Origin: Kudoa neothunni
Taxonomy: Eukaryota > Animalia > Cnidaria
Direction of reading: 5' to 3'
Assembly: GCA_964304625.1 (NCBI GenBank)
Contig: OZ199839.1
Span: 1,676,093 to 1,740,092 of the forward strand
DNA length: 64,000 bases
Below the pieces are notes generated by a model, which saw only the letters and a program-made list of their open reading frames with translations, was not told where the DNA came from and did no database searches. Each line of letters starts with the position of its first letter. Position 1 is the stretch's first letter. Below, piece after piece: positions 13,829 through 26,000 of this stretch. The position numbers and the translations under genes are program-made.

Positions 13829-16800
13829 ATGGATTGCTCGAATTCCTTAATGAATATTAAAAGTTATTATGACGCTATTGAAAATTTGAGGTCACTTGAA
13901 AAGTAGATAAATGTTATTATTTGTCTTCATATTTCTTACAGAGAATGTCTACGTCAAACTGTGACCCAAGATTTTTTAATGTCTAAGTTAAAGGAAGCAA
14001 TAAATGAACTTAGTCAAACCAATCAGACGATATACCACTCAAGGAGTGTTTTTGAAGTAGTAAAATTTGTTAGCAATGAAGCAAACTACGAAAAATTGGA
14101 GCGGCTGTTATTGAAATGGATGCATCTACTACTGGCTGATCCAAAATTTCATCATATGGGCTTGCAATTTAGAGATGAATATGTAAAATTTTTAAATATT
14201 AGTTGAAATAAATAGTTATATCGCTGAGCTATTTTAATTTAATTTTAGGGTGAATTTCTAGTGATAGGACTCAATTTGTTCAGTAGAACAAAAGCCTCAA
14301 CAAATAATGATTCTTCTAATGAAGAAAAAAAGTTTTATTACGATGTTGTTAGCTCATTGAAATTACTACTAAAAAAGTTGCCCTATGAGGCAGTAATTAC
14401 GTATTTTATGAAAAATCTAATTATAATTGTATCTAAGGCACGTAATCTGCTTGCGAATAATCTATTTAAACCTCTTTTGAAATCGTTGGCAAGGGAGGAT
14501 TTTGGTGAGGATGAGCGTGATGTTGCGATGCATATTTTTGATATGTGTTTTAACAAGTTGATATTTTTTTATTATAAAAATCGATATAAAACCGCTTGTA
14601 ATTTCAGATCATTCTTTGAAAAATACAACCTATCGCAACCAACTATCACTTTCAACAATGAACTATTAGTTAAAATACTTGCTTTGGGTGAGGAATCCAC
14701 TGAATCATCCTTTATTTTCAGAAAATATTACCTACAAGCAATCATAGCATTGTTTATCAAGAATATTGAGTAATACCATAGATACAAAAAAATTTGCTAT
14801 AATTCTCACTTAAGTTTAATCACGCACAATAAAAGGTTTGAATATATCCTACCCTTGATCAGCTATTTTGTGGACGATTCTACTAATAGCATATATTTGA
14901 AAAGTAAGCTTTAGAAACTTATTTCAACAAATTTTTACCTCTGTTAGATAATTTCCCTGAACACTACGATTCTATAAAAAACTGGAATTATTTTGGCATC
15001 GTTTGTGATCTGCTTACCACACATGAACTAGATTTTAAGGTAGCCAAGGTTTCTAATTTGAATTTTGTGTTACAATCTTACCATTAGAGCAATGAGTATA
15101 ATGAGATGAATGTCTTTTTTGATCGACTTATCACCCATTGTTCCAAACTGTAATAGATTCTACTCTTATGAAAATCTATATAAAATATTAACAGACCGCT
15201 GGAACAACAATTACGATGTTACCTTCTTATTGCAAAGTATAATTTGGCACCACGCGAATCCCAAGTTTTACTGTTTATAAAAACCTTTCTCTGTCATCAC
15301 GTTAACAATAACACACCAATACAAGTATTGCCAACCACATCTATGCATACTGATATCATCTGTAGTCGACAAACACAATAGAATTAGAGAGATGGTCGAA
15401 ACTGTCGTCAACAATTAATCAGTTCTATAACAATAACACAAAGGTAGTTTACCTAATTATCAAAATTAAAATGTGTAATTTAGGCTACAATTAATTTTAT
15501 TGATTTTATTGTTTGTGAAATTGTTCCACATTGTATTGAGATTAATGAGAGAAATGAATTTGTTCGAATATTCCTTGAGACGTAAGTTGTTTTTTATATA
15601 AATTTCAAATAATTACAGCCGACAAGAGTATCTAGGCAGTTTTTGTGCAAGCATTTGAATTTTTACCCGCTTTATATGGAAGATCAAATCAGGTGAGATT
15701 ATTGTCTTTGTGTGACCAATTAACCAATTTTAGATTATAATCCTGCTAATAGCCAAATGTGTGTTGCTTTATTGTCTAAAAGCGTGGATAGTTTAAGCTA
15801 CCGTGACCTATTAGCACACCAATATTTAACTATTGATTATGTCAATGAGATCAACCTCTGCATAGATTGGTTTCAAGATGTTTTGCTGAACAATGTTAAG
15901 ATTGAAAATGATACTGGCGAAAAAATTAATCAAATCCTACAGATTTTTAAGACATATATGAGCTATTATACGTATATTATTCAAATGGGGCTTAAATTAC
16001 ACATGCAAGAACACCAATTCACCAACAATGACCTTATTTCACAAATCTATTATCCTATTGTGAGAGATTTGAATAACAGTGAGGACGCCAATTATCACAT
16101 CACGCTTCATAAATTACAAACACTCCATTTGATAAATATTAATGATGCGTCTTCTAACAACGATACAGAACTTTCTGTTTTCGTATTGAATAATTTATTC
16201 AAACTGTGTCATTCGACTTTTATTGATTTCAAAGATGAAATAATTAAAAATAAATTTGTTGCAGATGTGATGGTGATTGTAAACTTTTATTGGAAACAAG
16301 ATCTACAATTATATCAACATAATACGACAAATGATATTGTTTGTAAACTTCTCCATCTACTTTACAACATATCACCATCTGCTACAACACAAAATATTAT
16401 TGATACTATAGTTAGGATTGATTTCTATCATAGCTCTTATTCTATGGAACAATTATTAAAATTTATGCATAAAATTTTGGGTAGTAAAATGGAATATGAG
16501 CATTTAAAAAATTATGTCGTTGACAACTCGGAGTTGATTAATGCTGCTCAATCTGAATCTTATGATTGCGTGTTATCGATAATTCGAGTAAATATGCATA
16601 TTCATAAATTTATTTTAATTTTATTCAAATTATAAGACCATCGTTGAAACAAGACATTTAAACGCGGTTTCCGCAAGACATAAAGTCACTATAATCAATC
16701 TTCTATTGTCAATGTTGGCGTCATCGACACATCACGGCAATGCAAAAGTATGCTGGCCACGTGACTTTATTTGATCCTTAATATTTTAATATTTAGGGAG

Positions 16801-18714
16801 ATATGAGCTCAATTCTACATTTAATAGTAAAAACAACTCAATATACAGAATGTAAAGACGGATTTGTAGAACTGATTTTTAAAAAGTTCGTACTAATTAA
16901 TGTCGAGCGTTTAAATGAGATAATACTTCATTATTTCTATCAGCTGTTTATATATTACAAACACAATGTTGTTAAATCAATAACTGCACTTTGGGGTGAT
17001 AATCTATCCCTAGAAAAAAATAATAGCGCCGCCATATCACCTATTCACATTCAGTTATTGTTTTGTGTGGTGATGAAATTGTGTAAGCAAGGAGTTAGAG
17101 TGGATGAAAACTTCTTAGATAATTTTTATAAACTTCAAATTTCATTATATCCAATTTTATCGGAGGAAACAAGATTCCCTCCCATATTTTTAAAATATAT
17201 AAAGTTTTTTGTGGAAATCGCAACCGAAAATAGAATCCCTCTGAAAACTAATTTGTCACAGAAGATGAATATGATTAATTTGACGGTGGAGAATTTCGCG
17301 AAGAAAATTGATAATAACTCATTACAAAATATTGTCTTATTGCTGGTAAGTTATTCGGATTAAGTGCATTTATATATTCGAAAGTAGAAGTGCTATAAGA
17401 TCTGCGCTAAAATAGAACATTTTTCGCTTACTTTTCTAACTCCTGAGAGTAAGCAGATCTAAAATTTTATAAAAAAAGTTGTTTGGATTATTACAACTGA
17501 CTTTAGAATTAAAATTTCGTGATTCGACTGATCCTTATTATGATAAGATGGCAGATTTGTTAGAGATCGTAAATCAAGCGCATTTAAATTACGAAGAGGA
17601 AAATTTTTATCGACAAAAATTCGAGAATTTTTTTAAGAATTTGATATTTTTGGCCTTTGATCCCAACGCTATTTTACTCAAATTGTTACATTCAGATAAT
17701 GTATGGAACGTTTATTATGTTTTTAAAATTATTTTAATTAAATACTTAGAATAATTATCATCTGATCTACTTTGTTTCTTACGTCATACTTAAATACTCC
17801 AAAAAAATAGACAAAGACTATCATAAAACTTTTTTGGATGTATATTTAATTGTATGAGTGTTATTTTTTATTTATCAGTAGCTACTTTCATACACTCTGA
17901 CGTCTTCAAAAAATATACAACTATCAAAATGGAGTGCGATGACAAAATGCTTGTTTATTAATTTTTTGGTGCGAAAAATAGATGTAATACAATTATTTTT
18001 CGATTTTTGAGTTCACTCATTTTAGATTTCTTCCTCAAGCTGTGGGTTATTAATTTCAAAATTAGCTAATTTTATCGCATCGTTAGATAGTCCTGATATA
18101 TTGCTGTACTATTTTACAATGGTAGGCTCCAAACTTCTCATTTACTATCATATCTAGGCTTTGCTATAGTACTTTTGCTGTAATAACCCAAAAATATTCA
18201 TTGAAGTTAAACTCTTTTTCCAATGAAATATTTCGTGTGTGGAAAAGTAAAAATTTCAATAAAATTCAAAATTTTTGTATCTGTTTTATATTCAGCTGGT
18301 CACATGATCGCGCTACATCATCCTCGCTTTATCGATCGTTTCCTCGTGCTCAATAAACACGTTGTTAATCTTGATTGTGTTAAATCGGTATTATTCGTTC
18401 TGTGTTTAAATAAATAATTTTTTGGTTGTTTTAGATTCCTCACTTTTATATAAGAGCACTTGTACAATTGCTACATGCAAATAATGTTTCACATGAAATA
18501 CAAGTATTTTCTCTGAATGTTAGCATTCAAAAAATTTTGCATTACATGGTATTTAATGTAGGAAGATTATCTTCTGTCTAATTGTGAGATTGTGGCGCTT
18601 CTGAATGAGGATCAACTATCGTTTGTAAACAATAGTCTTGTCGTTGCCGAACAAATTATATGGAAACGACTTTATCAAAGTTATTGCGAAAATTTGAAAT
18701 TCAAAGGAAACTAA
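13829..18714 (+). CDS. URB2: Large multi-exon helical protein, probably URB2/Npa2 ribosome biogenesis factor
   Basis: Exons (including ORFs 13961, 14261, 15757, 16803, 17479) are joined by short GT-AG introns; I checked the frame only for the first eight exons. C-terminus IPHFYIRALVQ...EDYLLSNCEIVALLNEDQLSFVNNSLVVAEQIIWKRLYQSYCENLKFKGN* fits the Urb2 C-terminal pattern (xxQFLxxSLxxxxxxIFKxLYxxYxxxxKxKG). Confidence 0.7.
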
Positions 18715-20539
18715 TTAGTTGTATAACTTGTATGTTGATTTAAGTTCTGTTCGAAATTTTTTGGATGCATTCGCTGTACAGTTAATCATACTTATTGAGC
18801 AGTTTTATTGATTGAAATTTTTTTGTTGATTCTATGCTAGTCTAATTTAATTATGTCACTTAAGTCTAGAGCTCGAATTTTTAATCCTACATGCATTTTT
18901 TTATAACTTACAAATACAATTAATTTTTCTAGAATCTATCACAATTGCATTCAGTACGTCCTTATCCAAAACTTAGTTTGAAAATGCATGTTTCTTTTAT
19001 TGTTCGAGTAATTTATACTAATAATTTTAACCTTCCAAGTAACTAAAAAATTTACACCAAAGTAGAATTGAACCGCAAAAATACCCCAATATGTTTAAAA
19101 AACTGATTCGTATGAGTTATTGTGACATGATTATTTTCTAACAATCAAAAGCATACAATAGAATAACTAAATGAACAAATAATCTTTATAAATATGAAAT
19201 TTTATTATTGCACTAAAAATTATTGTGCGAAATGTGCGATACATTAAAGACTGCAAACATCCTCCATCAATTATGAAATAACAATATGAAAAATGAAAAT
19301 ATTATATAACGTATAATTAATACAATATTTTGAGTTCTGCAATTTCATAGTCTATAAACTAAACTAACTAATAAAATTACGCGAATTTCTTCATTTCCAT
19401 GTTTCATATAAAACCACATTCTTTTTACTATTTTTCAACTTAATTTTAAAAAATGTTAACCTTAAATAAAAAAAACGACATATTTATTACGGTAAGAAAT
19501 TTAGCTACAAATCGGTTTTCACAAGAAATAGGATATATCATAGGACATCCCGATTGGGAAGACAGTTACTGTAGGTCCGAGGTTCATAATTTCGGTCAAA
19601 GAAAAAATCTTTCCGGCCGTGCATGCTTTGCACCTAATGTACTCATTCTACATAATTGGAATTTGTCTTAAAAATATATGATGTGTTATTCGTGCACAAT
19701 CTAAGCTGAAATACGTCCGATAAACAAATAGTTATTTGATGAATTTTACTGAAAATTAATTTACGATTTCAATCTGTTATTCTCTTTTTATTATTTTATA
19801 AAGTGAAAATGATAATATATTCCTTTTTCATTCATAAATACATTATTTAATCAAAATCTTTTATATATCGACTTTAAAAATGGTAAAATATTTACATTTT
19901 AATGAAGAAAATTAACATCTTATATAAAGTTATAAAAGGGGGGTTGGATTTAAAAATTTTTTATTTATTTTTTTAACAAATTATAAGGCAAGTATGGATC
20001 AAACTTTAATTAGAGTCAAGACTTTATTTTTTATTTTTTTTTGCTGAATTACTTATGAGTTTTATATTTCACGTTAGAATCAATCTGAATTCAAAAATTA
20101 TATATACTAAAATTTACATTAAAGATCGGGCCATATGGTTATTTTCTTTATTTGATTTTAAAACTTATTATCAAAACAAATAAACTACAAGAACCCAAAT
20201 TTCGTGCAAGGGCTTCTATTCAAAGTTGATCTTTTGCACTAAAATACCAATATATCGAGTTCATTCACAAATCATGATTTATGTATAGCTTTAGCTGATA
20301 AAGAGCCTAATTTTGAGCTAATTATTGTCCAAAAATAACAGTGAAAAAGACAAAACATTTAATTTATTATCAGTTGTATTTATTTTATTTCCATTTGTTT
20401 TCTTGTTAAAGTAGACGGTTCTTTTCGTTTTAATGTAATTTCATTAGAAAGTTTATTTCCGTTTAAAGATAAATATATTTTTAATTTTTTTGAGAAGGCG
20501 CGCAGAGTTGTCCTCGTAAATGGTAAGGTGTACGGAAAC

Positions 20540-21130
20540 TAAAATGAATCGGGAAGCGCTACTTTATATTATTGTTTCTACGCGGACCATCAATAATGAT
20601 TATTGAGCCTCTTTTATTTCTTCCTTCAATATTTGCAAGAAATATTTGCGACGATCAATAATCCACATAATCTACAAAACATTCGAATATTTGTTTTCAT
20701 TTCTCTTTCTACAAATTCCACCAAAAAGCCACTATTCTTTTAAAACGCTATCTAGGCTATACTTACTCTTTACGGTGATTGTTTCATCCATCTCAACAAT
20801 TTTTCATGGGCTTCTTTTTTATTTTAAAGATTACGATCAAAGTGGAGGGCACAATTCTTAAAAAGTGATTTCAGTCTATAATCGAGTGATCTGCGTATTC
20901 AAAATCTTCGAAAATGATTCTTAACAAATAATTTCCTGCCCGAAAATGCATAAAAAGCAATATCATGGAAAGCGACATCTTTGAATTGAAAAAAAAATCG
21001 AGCCCTTATGGATATTTTAGTGTTGCAGCCAATTTGTCCACACCTCCAAATTAATTGGTCAATTATAGCATATTCAACCATTCTCATCATGTTTATAGAA
21101 ATGGAGCAAACTCTGCAACTTTCAATTAAT
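20540..21130 (-). pseudogene. Merlin (IS1595/ISXO2-like) transposase relic
   Basis: Minus strand DQLIWRCGQIGCNTKISIRARFFF and IVEMDETITVKSKYSLDSVLKE*WLFGGICR match the Merlin zinc ribbon and the VEIDE...KRKYNRG...WVFGG motifs; contains stops and frameshifts. Confidence 0.8.
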
Positions 21131-21572
21131 TTTTGTTAACACAAAAAATTTAAATGGTTATCATAATTAGTCAAGAAAGAAACGAACGATAGTGGCTTTA
21201 TTTTAGCGGCTTAATATTCGGTAATCGCTTGATCCGTTTAAAACACATGTTGGAACACATGGGGGTTATCGTTCAGAATTTTTACCACCTATGTAATAAA
21301 GTATTATCTACTTTTTTAAAGCTCATATTTTCGCAACAGTTATAACTACGAGATGTTAACTTAAGCTTAAAGTAAGCTTGTGACAAATTTCTTCTATTAA
21401 AACTCACGTTGGATGTCTTCATCTGCTTCTATAATTTTATTGTTTATTTTAAGATGATATGATTGAAATATTAAACCTGAATCAACTATTAATCATCTAT
21501 ATGCAAATAAACATATCATTTTTAAATCAATGTTTGATTGAGTATTTAACACAATTTATGAAATTTAAAAAT

Positions 21573-22643
21573 GGTTAAAGTTCAGTTCCTCCCCCTTCGG
21601 CGACCTCCGGTTACCCACCATCGGTACTAATGGAGGTTCCGGCTGTTTAAAGTTTCCGAAGTGCGCTTCCTGCAATCTTCAATTATGAAAATTTAGATAA
21701 CCTAAATTTTGAAGACTTAAGCTACTTCAAGGATCATCCTGAAAATTTAATTATTTTTTTCCGGCAACTTGACTTGCTACCAACATCAATAGTTTGTTCC
21801 TGTGGAGGTCCAATGAAACTTTCTCTGAGAAACAATTAAACATATTTATATTTTTTAGATTTTATTTTATTGTAAAAATCTATATAAATATGTCTTTTTC
21901 CAATCGTCAATGAATAAATATCTTTAGTAAATTGCGCATTGTTAAGTTTATTTTAATTAGTGGGAAGTGTTAACCTATTATTTTTTAGAATGATTATACG
22001 TATATATTTATCAAATAATTAAAGTTTTTGTATAAAATAACAAAATCTTCGGAAAATTAAGTTAAAGGGGACTATTTTACATTAACATAGTCTCATTAGG
22101 ATACAATTAAAAAAGAAATGGCGTGATATGTGATTTTTATCCATCTAAAAACTATTAAAATTATATTAAGATACAAATATCATGAGTCGACACATTGTTT
22201 TAGTTGATTCATTTTTTAAAAAAGGACGTATTGTGAAATATAAAACATATACTATTTATCTTTAAAATGTGATCTTATTTTAGATTTTATACCGTTATCT
22301 ATCATTTGTTTTAAAAAATAACAAATAAAATCCATAATTAATCAATAATATCTGATACCATCCAAATATTCGTTTATTTATAATTCTCAAATTTAATGAT
22401 AAAAACATTTGTTAACTTATATCACATTATACTGTTATGCACATAAATTGACACCTTATTTTATAATTTTTTAACATTTAAAATAATACATATTATATTT
22501 TCTTAATTGATATGTATGCTGAATTACGTCTAACTAAAGTGAACTAGATTTTATTGGGGTCATATGTTATGAAACGTGACCCGATTAGTACCGATGGCGG
22601 GTAAACCGGCGGACGCCGAGGGGGGGATAACTGAACTTCAACC
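21573..22643 (+). mobile_element. Merlin-type non-autonomous element with ~60-bp TIRs
   Basis: TIR ggttaaagttcagttcctcccccttcggcgacctccggttacccaccatcggtactaat matches the reverse complement of the right end. 9-bp TSD tttaaaaat/attaaaaat. Retains a transposase N-terminal stub FFRQLDLLPTSIVCSCGGPMKL. Confidence 0.85.
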
Positions 22644-23001
22644 ATTAAAAATTGTATAATCTATATAAGAATTAAAAAACGTGTTATACTATAAAAAAGA
22701 GATCGTTTTCTATTTTGTCTGATCTTGTTTACTTGTTATTTCAAAAAAAGACGAATCTGACTCAATAACAGTTTATTGAAGTTTCCTCATATGAGCAATC
22801 GTCCATCAAAACCATATAAAACATTCGAATCATTTTTAAAAGATGATGCCGACTTTGCGTCATTATCCATAATCAAGGATAGCGTAGCTTCATTGCGCAA
22901 ATCTCGTTTTTGAGATTTCCATTACGGATACACTTGGTGTTATTATTGTAAGTTTCCGTCGTCCAAATTATGGTATTTTGGTCGTATTGGAAGCTACAAA
23001 A

Positions 23002-26000
23002 ATGTTTTCCTAGTTGGAATGGTGCATCATTAAAGTTGGGATAATTTTGAAACTTGTCTTAATATTATGTAGCAAAAGTGTATTTCGTTTCAGCGGAGGT
23101 CAAAATAGATCTTTGAGCACTTCTAGAATTGTTTTTAATGAAACTTCAAGTGAAATTCCTAATGTATTATCAACTAGTTTATTTATACCTAGAAGAAAAA
23201 ACTTACACCATTGGTAGTAATATCGAGGGTTATAAGTTGGAAAAAGTATATAATGATTTTATTAATAGTTATATAATGCAACTTTATTAAAAAATAGATT
23301 ACACCAGTGAAAGAACTTAATTTAGTAGCTTACGAGCTACAACATGAGAAAAGTAGAGCTTGCCATCTTCACATTGCTGCCGACGATCCTAATAATGCCT
23401 TTAGGTTCTCATTCTAAAAAAATTGGAGTTTTTATTAAAAAAATTGTGTAGTGTCTCTTTAAAACTCCAGTCAAAAATGACACTGGTGTTTCTCATATCT
23501 TGGAGCATTTGGTTTTGTGTGGGTCGAAGAAGTATCCTGTTCACGATCCATTTTTCAAGATGTCGCTTCGGTCTGTGTCTACCTTTATGAATGCAATGAC
23601 ATGTGAGTTTGCACTAAATATGAATTAATGAAGAAGCCATTTATTTTATTATTTTATAGTTCCTGACCACACCACGTATCCGTTTTCCTCGGTTAACAAG
23701 AAAGACTTTAATAACTTGTTGTCTGTTTATATGGATTGTATTTTCAATCCATGCCTTCGCCGAAGTGATTTTTTGTAAGTACAGCAAATTAAAAATTTAC
23801 TTCTTTGAAAGAGCAACCTTTTGACGTATTATTAGACAAGAGGCATGGCGGATTGAGCACCAAATTGCTGATGATAGTAATTCTCCTTTGGTCTTTAAAG
23901 GGGGTAGTATTCAACGAAATGAAAGGGGTGTTGGTATGGTGACATTTGTTTTTAAATAATGGCAATCTAATAATAAATTATTCATAGAATTCTCAAAGTT
24001 CTGTCAGGATTTGGAATACACAAAGCATCTGTTACAAAGACCTATTCGTCTAATTATGGGGGGAATCCATTAAATATTATTGATCTCACCGTATCTTATT
24101 TAACTTTTTTACAAGTCTACGGCTGAATTTTCGATAATAGTATGAGGAATTGGTTGCGTTTCATCGAAAATTTTATCACCCGTCAAATTCACTGTATTTG
24201 GTCATTTTGCGGAATTTTTAAATAGGCAATAAAAATTCCTAATTGCAATAGATTTATCACTTATGGAAATATTGTGATGGAAGACACCTTGAATCTCTTA
24301 ACAAAATGCTCATAGAGTTGGTTGACCAAACTACCCCAAACAAAACTGTCATAGTATTGCCTACGGAACCCTCTTGGAATGCACCTGTATAGTTATTTTG
24401 CGTTGGTTTTGTATGCTGAATTCTAGTTGTTTAGCGTCGAGCCGAAGTCACAATACCTTATGATCCCTCTTCTTCCAGCTGACAGACAGTCGATTTTTTT
24501 GTTGGGATTTAAAATGAACCCGTATTTACAATATGTTATACATTTTCGAATTCCCCGATTTACGTTTATGGTAGGGAGAATTATAATCGTGATATTTTTG
24601 TGATGTCAGTGCTATCACAGCTGTTACTGATTGGACCGAATTCTGCTTTTCACAAATTTCTACTCACTAAAAATCTCGGCTCTGACTATTGCGATCATGT
24701 TGGGTAGGTTTTGTCACGTTTCATTTTTTCGTTCGCAATTATCTACATCCGATTCAGACTCAGCGCTTACACCAAAGATCCAACGTTTTCTGTGGGACTG
24801 AAAGGGGTAAAAGATACCGATGTGCCCGAGATTGAAAATGTTATTTTGTCTACTCTTGAACACGTTAAAAAGTAATTTGAATAACACCAACCATAATTAA
24901 TTATTATATGATTGTAATTAAAATCAATATTCAACAGTAATGGTTTTACCGAAAATCATATTCTTGGAGTTATGAAAGAAACCGAACTTTCTATCAAACA
25001 TATCGTTTCCAATTCCGGAATCAACTATGCTACTGTAAATGGTCAATTTTTATACCTTTCCTATCCCGGTCCCTCATTACTTGTCGTTTCGTCATATATG
25101 GGAGTTCAAGATGAATTTTTTAATATTTACTTAAACATATAAAAGTATTATCCAACTATTTCATAATTACTTGTAGTTTAAATATATTTTTAAGTTAGCT
25201 ACTTACCAACGTTAATCCAAAAGATTTTTATTGTATATATTTAAAAATATAATGTGAGGAAAATAACTATGTTGCTCTTTAAAATTCTTTTAGTGTAAAA
25301 ATTATTAATAATTTAATCCACTTATTTTTGTTATAACATGCTCGATAAATTAATTTTTCAATCTATAAAGTGTTCGCTGGCAACAGATTAAACTAATTTA
25401 TTTTTAATCCAATCGATTAGTGAATAATTATTTTTTTTGATAAATTTTAAAGTTTAATATTTTCCTTGTATGTATAAATCAATATTCGGTTTATTGATGT
25501 AATTAATAATTTGACTGATTTTAAGATTTTTTTCTCGCCTTTAAAAATTTTGGGTTTCGACAATGTTATACCTAAAAGTTAATTTTCATTTTTTTTATTT
25601 CATAAAATAGTTGTCATTAGATGAAGAATTATTAATTTAATTGATAACTTTTATAAATTAATAACACTAAACAATATTTTTTGTTAACTATTATTTGATT
25701 ATAAATTTCGCGTCATTTTCTTAGTGATAATACAGGTATAGATATTCATAACTTAAAGCATCTAAATATATATATATATATATATATACATATTATTTTT
25801 CAACTATAAAATATAAAATTCATCTTATTATAATGTAGTCTCCATGTTATTTTATGTTATTTGGATTTTAATTTTACGTCTAATTGACTACTTAAGCATT
25901 TTTATGTATACCTCAAAAATAAAACATATTTTAGTTCTTAGAAGTTATTCTAATTATAAATTCTCTTTTGAAATGGAGTCTTATAGTTTTTAAATTAGCG

